32,000 nt of DNA from Zymomonas mobilis subsp. mobilis ATCC 10988 (GCF_000175255.2 NC_017262.1:1-32000), one strand, 5' to 3'. Shown: positions 17,637 through 26,833, numbered from the stretch's first letter. Program-made: numbers and translations. Notes: generated by a model from the sequence alone, not told the origin.

Positions 17637-18935
17637 ATGAAAAAACTTTTCCATGGAACCTTCCGGTCACTGAACAGCTTCAATTATCGCCTTTGGATAA
17701 GTGGAATGTTCGTGTCCAATATCGGGACATGGATGCAACGCATTGCACAGGACTGGCTGGTTCTGGTGCATTTAACCCATCATAATGCGACCGCTGTCGG
17801 CATTATTACGGCGCTACAATTCGCCCCTGTTTTTTTACTTTTGCCTTTTTCGGGTTATGCGGCCGACCATTTTGACCGCAGAAAATTTCTGATTTTTACA
17901 CAAGCGGCTATGGGATTAACCGCTTTAGGGCTGGGGATCCTGACGTTAAGCGGTTTGGTGCGTCTATGGCATGTCTATTTATTCGGTCTCATTTTGGGAG
18001 CAATCACGGCGATAGATGCTCCTGCGCGTCAAACTTTTGTTTCTGAACTGGTCAAGGAAGAGGATATTCCCAACGCGGTTGCCTTAAACTCCACCTCTTT
18101 CAATAGCGCACGCCTAATTGGGCCCGCGATTTCTGGTTTTCTGATTGCTGCATTTGGAAGCGGTGGCGTATTCCTGCTCAATGCAGCCTCTTTCGGAGCT
18201 GTCATTTTGGCGCTTTCCTTTCTGCGCCTTGATGAATTGTATCAAAGGGACAAACCCACAGACCAAAAACACGGTCTATCGGATGGTTTTCGTTATGTCC
18301 GCCATCGGCCGGATATCAAAACCATTCTGGCCATGCTTTTCCTGATTTGTACTTTCGGACTTAATTTCCCGATCTTTATTTCAACAATGGCTGTCACGGT
18401 TTTTCATGGCGAAGCCCGCCTTTATGGCCTGTTGATGTCTTCTATGGCTATCGGCTCGGTGACAGGCACCTTGTTCGTTGCCGGTCAGGCCAATCCGCAT
18501 ATTCGTCTGTTATTCCTCAGCACAATTCTATTCGGGATAAGCTGCCTTTTAGGGGCTTTAATGCCGGATGCACTGACCTTTGGTCTAGTTTTGGTTCTTA
18601 TCGGCTTATCGGCGCAGATTTTTACAACCGCATCCAATAGTCTGGTGCAATTATCGACCGATTCCAAGGTCAGAGGACGGGTTGTCGCCATTCTTCTGGC
18701 AGTCTCGGTCGGTGGCACCCCTGTCGGTAGTTTATTGATTGGCCGAGTAGCCGATATTTGGGGGGCACGCTACGCCTTAGGCATAGGGGCAATTTCTGGC
18801 TTCACAGCCGCCTTGATCGGCTTATGCTATCTCGTCAAATATCATCGATTGCATTTATATTTTAAAAAAGGCGACATCGCTTTTAAAATGAAGGCTGTTG
18901 GCGATAAAATAAAACACCCATTCCATCGCAGGTAA
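17637..18935 (+). CDS. MFS transporter (EntS/MFS_3-like, putative efflux)
   Basis: 432 aa with about 12 hydrophobic helices and a GYAADHFDRRK loop between TM2 and TM3 that is typical of MFS proteins. Confidence 0.9.
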   Translation: MKKLFHGTFRSLNSFNYRLWISGMFVSNIGTWMQRIAQDWLVLVHLTHHNATAVGIITALQFAPVFLLLPFSGYAADHFDRRKFLIFTQAAMGLTALGLGILTLSGLVRLWHVYLFGLILGAITAIDAPARQTFVSELVKEEDIPNAVALNSTSFNSARLIGPAISGFLIAAFGSGGVFLLNAASFGAVILALSFLRLDELYQRDKPTDQKHGLSDGFRYVRHRPDIKTILAMLFLICTFGLNFPIFISTMAVTVFHGEARLYGLLMSSMAIGSVTGTLFVAGQANPHIRLLFLSTILFGISCLLGALMPDALTFGLVLVLIGLSAQIFTTASNSLVQLSTDSKVRGRVVAILLAVSVGGTPVGSLLIGRVADIWGARYALGIGAISGFTAALIGLCYLVKYHRLHLYFKKGDIAFKMKAVGDKIKHPFHRR

Positions 18936-18963
18936 ATCTAAAAAGAATTTGAGATTTGAAACC

Positions 18964-19578
18964 ATGTCCTTAATAGCTTTTATCGCGGCCGCCTCTCTTC
19001 TGACTATAACACCGGGTCTTGATACGGCTATGGTCTTGCGTGTCGCTACAAGCAGCGGAACAGGTCCGGCCTTTATGGCGGGTATAGGTGTGGCTCTTGG
19101 ATGTCTGCTCTGGGGCATTGCGGCTTCACTGGGTTTAGGTGCTGTTTTACGAGCCTCTGAATTAGCCTATAACCTCATTAAATGGAGTGGCGCGGCTTAT
19201 TTATGTTGGCTGGGCATAAATCTGCTTATTCACCCCCGAAAAAATCTGGTGGATAGCCTCGATCCATCGATGCCATCAGCGACAAAGGCCTTAAGACAAG
19301 GCTTCTTCACCAACATCCTTAACCCCAAAGTCGGGATATTCTACGTTACTTTCTTGCCGCAATTCATGCCGTCATCTAGCCATTTAATTCAATATGCGTT
19401 TTTACTGACCTTTATCCATGCCATGATTACAATTCTTTGGTTCGCCATTTTGGCCTTGGCAACAGCACCGCTTCTCCGATTTTTAAAAAGACCGCGATTC
19501 TTGTCTGTGATTGATCGCTTAACCGGCTGCGTTTTTATTGCTTTCGGTTTGAAAATCGCTCTTTCCAAGGCCAAATAG
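18964..19578 (+). CDS. LysE/RhtB family amino-acid exporter
   Basis: N-terminus MSLIAFIAAASLLTITPGLDTA, about 6 helices, and the NILNPKVGIFY block. The ORF opens at TTG 18949 and ATG 18964 gives the family-typical N-terminus. Confidence 0.9.
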   Translation: MSLIAFIAAASLLTITPGLDTAMVLRVATSSGTGPAFMAGIGVALGCLLWGIAASLGLGAVLRASELAYNLIKWSGAAYLCWLGINLLIHPRKNLVDSLDPSMPSATKALRQGFFTNILNPKVGIFYVTFLPQFMPSSSHLIQYAFLLTFIHAMITILWFAILALATAPLLRFLKRPRFLSVIDRLTGCVFIAFGLKIALSKAK

Positions 19579-19581
19579 CGT

Positions 19582-20289
19582 TCAAATTTTTGCCCCTGTC
19601 ACAACCATGACGATTTCAGAATCCTCTTTGGCTTCAATGGATATCGTTTCGACTTCAGCCAATCCGGCCGCATCGCCTTCTTGAAGAGTGCAATTCTCAA
19701 TTGCGATTATCCCCTTGGAGACAACCAGATAGCCATATCGTTGTTCTTCCAGAGGATAGTTGATGACATCGCCCTTATTCAAAGTCGCGCCTAAAACGGC
19801 TGCATCCGCATGAATAGGTAGCGCTTCTTTATCCTCAGGATATCCCGAGGCCAAAACCACAAAACGACCGGCGTGATCTTTTTTCGGAAAGGAGCGGCTT
19901 CCCCATGACGGTTTATGGCCTGACTGATTGGGCATAATCCAAATCTGGAACAAGCGAGTATCAGAAGCCTCTCGGTTATATTCGCTATGAATAATACCGG
20001 TTCCGGCCGACATAACTTGGACAGCACCGGCCTCTATCCGCCCTTTATTCCCAAGGCTGTCCTCATGGGTTAACGCGCCTTCGCGAATATAGGTAACGAT
20101 TTCCATATCTTTATGAGGATGCATGCCAAAGCCGGTATCAGGCGCAATCCGGTCATCATTCCACACTCTAACCGCGCCCCAATTTATCCGGTCGGGATCA
20201 AAATATCGAGCAAAGGAAAAATGATGTCTGGCTTGCAACCATCCATGGTCAGCAAAGCCCAGATTTTTATAAGGACGCTTTACAATCAT
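19582..20289 (-). CDS. Pirin family protein (YhhW-like bicupin)
   Basis: Blocks HHFSFA, GFGMHPHKDMEIVTYI (cupin metal ligands), VQVMSAGTGIIHSEYN and LFQIWI. The ORF opens at TTG 20322. ATG 20289 follows AGGAAAGGA. Confidence 0.93.
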   Translation of the reverse strand: MIVKRPYKNLGFADHGWLQARHHFSFARYFDPDRINWGAVRVWNDDRIAPDTGFGMHPHKDMEIVTYIREGALTHEDSLGNKGRIEAGAVQVMSAGTGIIHSEYNREASDTRLFQIWIMPNQSGHKPSWGSRSFPKKDHAGRFVVLASGYPEDKEALPIHADAAVLGATLNKGDVINYPLEEQRYGYLVVSKGIIAIENCTLQEGDAAGLAEVETISIEAKEDSEIVMVVTGAKI

Positions 20290-20337
20290 ATCACTGATCC
20301 TTTCCTGTTGTCCCAAGATCAATGACTAGAAGACGTG

Positions 20338-20354
20338 CTATAGATAATATATAG
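20338..20354. promoter_or_regulatory. Candidate LysR-type (LTTR) box in the pirin / lysR divergent region
   Basis: CTATA-N7-TATAG is an interrupted dyad containing T-N11-A. It lies in the AT-rich divergent intergenic region. Composition makes chance dyads likely here. Confidence 0.35.
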
Positions 20355-20420
20355 AAATAATATAAATATATCATTTCTGTATTTTTACTAAATTAAAGCG
20401 ATTTTGATCGAGATGCCAAA

Positions 20421-21332
20421 ATGAAATTACCCGATTTTGAAGCATGGGCGATTTTTGCCAAGGTAGCTGAATTAGGTTCTTTTGCGCGGGCAGCCGAAGC
20501 GATCCAGCTTTCCAAACCCACGGTTTCAAAGGCGGTAAGTCGCCTTGAGCAATCCTTGGGCAGTGCGCTATTCAATCGCAATTCCCGTCATATTTCTTTG
20601 ACCGATCTCGGGCGGTCACTTTTGGGACATGCTAATAAAATTATTGCCGAAGCCGAAATGGCCGAAACCGAAGCCCGTGGTGGTATCCAGCGCCCTTCGG
20701 GGCTTATCAAAATAGCTGCACCAACGACTTTTGGCCTATGGCATTTATCACCGGTTCTGCCAGATTTTTTGGCGCAATATCCGGAAATAGATATCTCAAT
20801 TGATTTCAGTGATGCGCTCGTTGATCTTGTGGGGGAGGGCTATGATATCGCTCTTAGAATAGCTTCTCTTGCGGATTCAGCCTTACGGGCGCGGCGGCTT
20901 TGTCCGGTGCGCCTTTTATTGGTGGCAACCAGCGATTATCTCGATCGTATTGGTCGGCCACAGCATCCCAAGGCACTCGAGAAGCAAAAAAGTTTTGTCT
21001 ATACCAACAGTCGGGCTTCAGGCATGATTCGTCTGCGGCATGAACAGAGCGGCAAGGAATATGTTCTCTCGCAATCTTCCCGTTTCAGGGCTGATAATGC
21101 CGAAGCTTTTCTACCTGCCTTAGAAGCCGGATTGGGCTTTGGAATATTTCCTGATTTTATGGTCTGGGAAGGCCTGAAATCCGGCAAATTGGAACAGATA
21201 TTGCCAGAATGGGACGCCGGTTCAATTGCGCTTTATCTCGTTACTTCTGCCAATCCACTAAGACCAATGCGCGTGAATGTATTACTTGATTATCTGACCA
21301 AAGCGTTTAAAAATCCACCTTGGACAAAATAA
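20421..21332 (+). CDS. LysR family transcriptional regulator
   Basis: The N-terminal wHTH is FAKVAELGSFARAAEAIQLSKPTVSKAVSRLEQSLG and the C-terminal part is a LysR substrate-binding domain. The gene is divergent from the pirin gene. Confidence 0.95.
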   Translation: MKLPDFEAWAIFAKVAELGSFARAAEAIQLSKPTVSKAVSRLEQSLGSALFNRNSRHISLTDLGRSLLGHANKIIAEAEMAETEARGGIQRPSGLIKIAAPTTFGLWHLSPVLPDFLAQYPEIDISIDFSDALVDLVGEGYDIALRIASLADSALRARRLCPVRLLLVATSDYLDRIGRPQHPKALEKQKSFVYTNSRASGMIRLRHEQSGKEYVLSQSSRFRADNAEAFLPALEAGLGFGIFPDFMVWEGLKSGKLEQILPEWDAGSIALYLVTSANPLRPMRVNVLLDYLTKAFKNPPWTK

Positions 21333-21424
21333 ATTACTCCACGAGCTCAGAAGTTTTCTGCATTGTCTCCGAATGCCTTGCCCTGCTTTCTGCGGCAAAG
21401 GAATTCAGAAATTAAACCCTACGA

Positions 21425-21468
21425 AAACCACAATGCCTCCGAAGCCCATTTCGGAGGCATTATGTTTC
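21425..21468. terminator. Perfect 12-bp hairpin between the convergent lysR-family and wrbA genes
   Basis: AATGCCTCCGAA gcccat TTCGGAGGCATT spans 21432-21461. The - strand has GTGGTTTTCG after it and the + strand has ATGTTTC. It is probably the wrbA terminator, possibly shared. Confidence 0.6.
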
Positions 21469-21472
21469 AGTT

Positions 21473-22075
21473 CTATTGGGCTGTCAGTTTTTTGGCCAAT
21501 TCGGCCACATGCTGGCCTAAGAATTTCGCGCCATCCAACTCATTCTCGCTAGGCTGCCGTGAACCATCGCTTGCGGCAATGGTCGTCGCGCCATAGGGCG
21601 CACCACCTGTTACTTCATCCAGCCGTCCTTGGCCTTGAAAGCTATAGGGCAGGCCGCTGATAACAAGGCCATGATGCAACAGGCTAGACATCAAGGAATA
21701 AAGCGTGGTTTCCTGTCCGCCATGCTGGGTCGCGGTAGAGGTAAAGACCGCTCCGACCTTTCCGATCAAGGCACCCTGCGCCCAGATGCCCCCCGTCCGA
21801 TCCCAAAAATTCGCCATTTGTGATGGCAAACGCCCAAATCGGGTTGGTGCGCCAACAATAATGCCATCATATTCAAGCAAGTCTTTCGGCTCGGCAATCG
21901 GTGCTTTCTGGTCGATCTTGAAATGGTTCTTCTTGGCGGCTTCTTCCGGCACTAATTCCGGCACCCGTTTCACATCGGCTTCGGCACCGGCGGCGCGAGC
22001 GCCTTCTGCCACAGCATAGGCCATGCTTTCGACATGACCATAAGTGGAATAATAAAGAACAAGAATTTTAGGCAT
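21473..22075 (-). CDS. wrbA: NAD(P)H:quinone oxidoreductase WrbA (flavodoxin-like)
   Basis: Blocks [35 protein letters not shown] and GAPYGATT. The ORF opens at TTG 22084, with ATG at 22075. Confidence 0.96.
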   Translation of the reverse strand: MPKILVLYYSTYGHVESMAYAVAEGARAAGAEADVKRVPELVPEEAAKKNHFKIDQKAPIAEPKDLLEYDGIIVGAPTRFGRLPSQMANFWDRTGGIWAQGALIGKVGAVFTSTATQHGGQETTLYSLMSSLLHHGLVISGLPYSFQGQGRLDEVTGGAPYGATTIAASDGSRQPSENELDGAKFLGQHVAELAKKLTAQ

Positions 22076-22354
22076 AATCAACAACCTTCTTTTGTGATGG
22101 TAAAATCTTTATGACCGTATTTTGCCCTTTAATCCGGTGACAAAAGGCCACTATTTTCCAGACCATGGTTAGCTGAAATCTTCTCCCCCGCACTTCATGA
22201 AGGGGACTATTTCTACGGTATCAATATGAAGCCTTTTTGATAAACGCTTCTAATCCTGAAAAGAGCCATGCCGATTCCTTGATTCCAGACCTCAATGATA
22301 ATTTTCCAAAAGGAAGGCCTTCAGTCTGGATTACAGACATCCGCTTAAAAGATT

Positions 22355-22969
22355 TTAGCTCCGCTTTTCAAAAGCACCGGCGATATGCAGCGTCACATTA
22401 TCGCTGACATAAGGAACATAGGTTTTAATGCCAAAATCACTGCGTTTGATTGTCGTGTCGCCTTCAAAACCAGCAGTATATTTTTTATCCAAAGGATTGA
22501 TACCAGCTCCGACGAAACGCACTTTCAAAATTTCAGGTTTGGTAATGCCATGCAAAGTCAGATTACCTGTCACCACCGCTTCATTTTTACCCGTCTGACG
22601 GATCTGAGTTGACACAAAGCGGGCTTCAGGAAATTTTGCGCTATCAAACCATTGGTCGCCTTTTAACTCGTCATCCAGTTTTGAACTGGTCGTCAAAACC
22701 GAAGCGATCGGAATAGTGACAGCAAGACTCGATTTGGCAGGATTCTGCGTATCAAGATCAAGTCTGCCCGATATCTGCGAAAAAATACCCTGATAATAGG
22801 TAAAGCCAAAATGCAGCACCGAAAAGGCGACTTGGGTATGATAAGGCTCAACATCATAGCTTCCGGCCTGAATTTGTTCGGCATGGGTCACCGCTTCAGC
22901 CGAAGCCATGTCAACAGCCGTAAAAGACAAGAAAAATGCCGTAGCGGCTAAAGAAATAAACGGCTTCAT
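22355..22969 (-). CDS. YceI family periplasmic protein
   Basis: Signal peptide MKPFISLAATAFFLSFTAVDMASA, followed by YceI-like domain blocks (HTQVAFSV.HFG, GNLTLHGITKP). Confidence 0.93.
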   Translation of the reverse strand: MKPFISLAATAFFLSFTAVDMASAEAVTHAEQIQAGSYDVEPYHTQVAFSVLHFGFTYYQGIFSQISGRLDLDTQNPAKSSLAVTIPIASVLTTSSKLDDELKGDQWFDSAKFPEARFVSTQIRQTGKNEAVVTGNLTLHGITKPEILKVRFVGAGINPLDKKYTAGFEGDTTIKRSDFGIKTYVPYVSDNVTLHIAGAFEKRS

Positions 22970-23249
22970 TTGACGAAACTCCGGTCAAAACAACATCAAA
23001 AGCCCAAGATTTTGCCTAACAAGGATAGTCGCCTAAAAAGACATCAAGCCATTTTCCCTGTTCAAGCTATTCCTGCTAGCTCTTTCAACATAGGCTTACC
23101 GAAAGCCTTTAATTCCATAAATAGAAACAAATGAAATCTATCATTTCCAAATTTTACATCAAACTAAGCCAAGATCATCAAAAACCACTAAAAACCGGCC
23201 AATAATCAATAAAATAGCGGCTTATAAAACAGACCAATTCAAAACCAAG

Positions 23250-23277
23250 AAATCATAAATCATAAATCATAAATCAT
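23250..23277. repeat. Tandem heptamer AAATCAT x 4
   Basis: Read directly from the sequence. On the - strand it reads ATGATTT x 4, which creates three phased TATGAT (-10-like) hexamers about 280 nt upstream of yceI. Confidence 0.93.
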
Positions 23278-23291
23278 TTTCTCCATATATT

Positions 23292-23329
23292 AAAAAAAAT
23301 CCCCTGACAGGCTTTCACCTCTCAAGGGA
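23292..23329 (-). terminator. Orphan rho-independent terminator (- strand) inside the yceI / msc intergenic region
   Basis: On the - strand: TCCCTTGA gaggtgaaagcctg TCAGGGGA followed by T8. The single non-Watson-Crick pair is U-G on the - strand RNA but C-A on the + strand RNA, which argues for - strand function. No annotated gene ends here. Confidence 0.55.
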
Positions 23330-23628
23330 CAAGGTCATTATCACCAATAAAAAACAGCCAGCCATCTCACTGTTTCATCCGAGATAATGCGATTAAAAAT
23401 GACAAGATAATAACAAAGCCTTTTTGGGTCTGTCGGCTTATGTCACAGGTAATATTTCTTTCGTAAAATGGCTTAATCTAGCGGAATACCAGATATAATC
23501 TTCTTCTCTCAAACAGAATGAAGACGCTTTACCACAAGCAAAAAAGCCCATTTTAAAATATCTTATGCCTGCCGAAAAATTTTTCTTCTAATAAAATCTA
23601 CCTTTTAAACAGTCATAGATAGAGCACA

Positions 23629-23672
23629 AAAAAATCCGGCTACCTATGCGTGATGCATATCAGGTAACCGGA
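23629..23672 (-). terminator. Rho-independent terminator of the MscS-family channel gene
   Basis: On the - strand: ATCCGGTTACCT (16-nt loop) AGGTAGCCGGAT, a 12-bp stem with one U-G, followed by T7. It starts about 25 nt after the stop codon. Confidence 0.8.
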
Positions 23673-23696
23673 TAAAACCCTGTCAGGATTTAAATT

Positions 23697-26510
23697 CTAA
23701 TTCTCTTCTCCAGAGTCTTTCTGATCAGACTCCGCACCAGAGGCTTTGCCTCGACTATTCTTCGCCGCATGGGACTCCGTATCAGCCTCTTTCCCTGCTG
23801 ATTTTCTAGAAGAGGAGCCATCTATCTTTTGACCGGTCTTTACGGCGTCATCAGAATGCGCATTAGCCGCTTCCAGTTTCCGCATCATATCGGTATCCGA
23901 TTGCGGCGCAGGGCTAGGCTGATCGTTGATCCAATGTAACGGCGATCCTGGCGGCGTCGTATAATAGGAAGTGCCGGTATAGAATTTGATATTCGCTTCC
24001 GCCATACGGTTACCCAGACGGCGATAGAATTCTCTTTGGACTTTCCATTTCATCATTGCCGCAGTGCGGATAGAGCCTACTAGAACCGAACCATTGCTGT
24101 CTGAAATATCGACACCCAGATCATTATAACCGGAATAAATAATGTCTTTATAGGCATCTTCTTTTCGCATTTCGTCGATAGTCTTCTGCATAATTTTAAC
24201 GAGACGATCAGGGTCTTCAGATAGATCAAGTGTCTGACGAATAATAATCTGGTTAAAATCGCGGCCTGTATTGGCAATAGACGACACCGAAGAAAAGGGA
24301 ATGATGTGCAAATCACCATTCACGGCTCTGACGCGCAAGGTTCTGATTGATAGATGCTCGACCGTGCCGGAAACACCACCAGTTGAAACCCAGTCACCAA
24401 CCTGAATCGCATCTTCCACCAGCATAAAGAAGCCGGTGATAAAATCCTTCACAAGGCTTTGCGAACCAAAGGCGATTGCCGCACCCATGATACCCGCACC
24501 GGTCAGCAAAGGAGCCACATTAATACCGATTTGGGATAAGGTCGTCACCGCAACGATCGCTATGATAAAGACCAAAAGCACGGTGCGAATAATCGGGAAA
24601 ACCGTGCGCAACCGTGTTGCCCGACTGAACTGATTGCTTTCATGATAGCGATCTATCTGGCGGTTCAACATCGCATTGATGACTTCCCACAGGGTTACAG
24701 CCACAGTGATCGCGATAAAAAGGCTAAAGGCCAGACTGGTCAGGCGCGCCCCGATTGATGATTTGAAAAGAAAGCGAAGGGTAGGGATACCCCAACTCTG
24801 GGTCAAAGCAATCAGCGAGACCGCCGTAATCACAAAGGTGATAATGCTGCGGACATAAGGATAATAGAAATCAGCGCGCTTCTGTAACCGCGGATAGCGG
24901 CTTTTCATGTCATCATTGAAATTGAACAGATTTTCTTGCGCGCCATAGGCCAAAACCGCCGCCAGACGAGAGAAAACTAAAATCGCGACCGTCAAAATAC
25001 AACTGCGGAGCATCCATCGATAGCCACCATGGAAACGGGTTGCCCAGACCACCCACAAGGCGATATCGACAAAGATAGCCGGTATCCACCAAAGGCCAAT
25101 AATCGTGCTGATGAAGCGCCAAAAGGGACGGCTCTGTAATTTTTCCGGCGGCCGCAAAGCTTGTGCGACAATATGCCGGATTCGCCAAATAAAGGCGGCT
25201 AAAAACAGATGTTCAACCAGAATAGAGGCTAAGATCAAAGCCTCAATACCGCGCCTTGCGATGTGAAATTCATCTCCCATAGAGATCAAAAACATACCGA
25301 TCGAAGGCGTGATAACGAGAATATTCGCCCATTTTATAACCAAAGCTGCCGTCGAATCCGAAGCAGGAAGAAGCCTGATCGGGGGCGATTTTGGCGCAAA
25401 AGTTGATTCCAGAATGATATAGGCAGTGCGTGACAAGGCATAAGCATTGGCAAGAGACAAGGTCAAAGCCTCAGCCTGACGGCTGGGCGATATCAACGCC
25501 GAAACGATATAGTTAAAGCCTAAGAAAATAGCGACCGGCAATAACTTGGTGATCAAGTGGTAAAAGGCAAAAGGAATACGGATAATAAAGGCCATCACTT
25601 CATTTTGGCGACGATGGTCTTCTGCCCGCGTTTCCTTGGTCTCGGCCGCTTTTTCTTCGGAATTGTCCGAACCAGCATCGCCTACATCTGAAGCAATTTC
25701 TAGATTGTCGCTGCTGTCGTCATTATTTTCGGGCTGGGGCGCATGTTTCAGGCTCCATGCGGTCTCATAAGATTGGGCGCGTTCTTTGATGGTTCGAAGT
25801 AACCCACGCGTAAAAAAGACTATCGTATATTCAAGCGCCAGCCCAATACCAAAAATCAACAACCCATAAAGAACAGCCTTAAACAGAATAGTTCGAGCAG
25901 CCTGATGGGTCATCTCATAATGGAACCAGCGACTGACAAAGCCCATATCCTTGAATATAGCGGCGAAACTGGTGGTATATTTGACGATATAACGCGAGAC
26001 GATATTAAGATCGTCACTTACATCTTTATCAATCAAAGCCGCCGGCTCACTGCTATTTTCAGTGCTGCTGCTATCTGTTGTCGCAGGCGCAGCGGCTTTA
26101 CTGGCTGGTTTTGCCGCTACAGCCGCTGCCTTCGGAGCCGTTGCATCCTGATTATTCGATGCGGCATTAGAGGCGCTGGAATCGCTATCCGTGCTATCAC
26201 TAGCGGCAGTATTAGCGCTAGCCTGATCGCTCGGTAATCCCTTTGCAATCAAAGAAAGCGTCTGGGTGAACTCTTCCCGTTTTTTAGGATTATCCAGAAT
26301 ATTTAGTAATTTTTTGGCTTCTGATTTTGATAAAGCCTGATTGCCTTGCGGCTGTGCCTGACTGGTCTGACTGCTATTATCTGTAGCAGCATCTTGGGCA
26401 TAGAGAGACTGATTTAAAAAGAAAAAAGAGAAAAGCAGCGGCAAAATAAAACGTATTTTGTGAAAAAGCCTATGATTGAGTTGCGACAGCATTTTCATAA
26501 AAACAGACAC
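23697..26510 (-). CDS. Large mechanosensitive ion channel, MscS family (MscK/MscM-like architecture)
   Basis: 937 aa with an N-terminal signal-like segment and a Ser/Ala/Asn/Asp-rich low-complexity periplasmic region. About 10 TM helices follow. The C-terminal MscS core is GAGIMGAAIAFGSQSLVKDFITGFFMLVEDAIQVGDWV. GTG 26510 lies 6 nt after GAAGG. Confidence 0.92.
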   Translation of the reverse strand: MSVFMKMLSQLNHRLFHKIRFILPLLFSFFFLNQSLYAQDAATDNSSQTSQAQPQGNQALSKSEAKKLLNILDNPKKREEFTQTLSLIAKGLPSDQASANTAASDSTDSDSSASNAASNNQDATAPKAAAVAAKPASKAAAPATTDSSSTENSSEPAALIDKDVSDDLNIVSRYIVKYTTSFAAIFKDMGFVSRWFHYEMTHQAARTILFKAVLYGLLIFGIGLALEYTIVFFTRGLLRTIKERAQSYETAWSLKHAPQPENNDDSSDNLEIASDVGDAGSDNSEEKAAETKETRAEDHRRQNEVMAFIIRIPFAFYHLITKLLPVAIFLGFNYIVSALISPSRQAEALTLSLANAYALSRTAYIILESTFAPKSPPIRLLPASDSTAALVIKWANILVITPSIGMFLISMGDEFHIARRGIEALILASILVEHLFLAAFIWRIRHIVAQALRPPEKLQSRPFWRFISTIIGLWWIPAIFVDIALWVVWATRFHGGYRWMLRSCILTVAILVFSRLAAVLAYGAQENLFNFNDDMKSRYPRLQKRADFYYPYVRSIITFVITAVSLIALTQSWGIPTLRFLFKSSIGARLTSLAFSLFIAITVAVTLWEVINAMLNRQIDRYHESNQFSRATRLRTVFPIIRTVLLVFIIAIVAVTTLSQIGINVAPLLTGAGIMGAAIAFGSQSLVKDFITGFFMLVEDAIQVGDWVSTGGVSGTVEHLSIRTLRVRAVNGDLHIIPFSSVSSIANTGRDFNQIIIRQTLDLSEDPDRLVKIMQKTIDEMRKEDAYKDIIYSGYNDLGVDISDSNGSVLVGSIRTAAMMKWKVQREFYRRLGNRMAEANIKFYTGTSYYTTPPGSPLHWINDQPSPAPQSDTDMMRKLEAANAHSDDAVKTGQKIDGSSSRKSAGKEADTESHAAKNSRGKASGAESDQKDSGEEN

Positions 26511-26833
26511 GCTTTACCTTCTCTATAGCCGTATCAAGACAAAATCAGACAAAAACCAAATCAGTGGTTATAAAATTCTTATTCTGACGTGACGTTGTCG
26601 TCAAAAATCAGACAACTTCCTTATGAATACAAGCTCTATGCCGATATTCTCGAAAATAACAATTTCTTTCTGAATAAAAGGCTTCAAAATTAGCCTGACA
26701 TCCAAAAAACAAAGATATATTTTCAGATATGAATCTGCAATTCAGCATCGCTGAATCCGATAATCTTTATAAAACCATCACAGGCTTTTTTGTTCCTCAA
26801 CAGAAAACCGCATTTCTTCTTAGCAAAGCCGGA

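Noticed and set aside
22188-22215. Palindrome CTTCATGAAG flanked by CCCC/GGGG between yceI and wrbA, considered as a terminator or operator
   Set aside because: The stem is short and asymmetric (there is a GCA bulge) and lacks a convincing T-tract on either strand. A 10-nt palindrome in a promoter region is weak evidence on its own.
23467-23477. Solo 11-mer AATGGCTTAAT matching the octamer-array sequence, inside the candidate sRNA region, which suggested an sRNA/target or sponge relationship
   Set aside because: Any of the 8 phases of the periodic array on either strand would have counted as a match, and the 11-mer is A/T-rich. One such match in 32 kb is therefore not clearly beyond chance. 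A genome-wide count of the motif and evidence of transcription would be needed before this is taken seriously.
25905-26237. 110-aa plus-strand ORF antisense to the channel gene
   Set aside because: It lies opposite the low-complexity Ser/Ala-rich coding region, whose codon repetition keeps the antisense frame open. It has no SD or domain.
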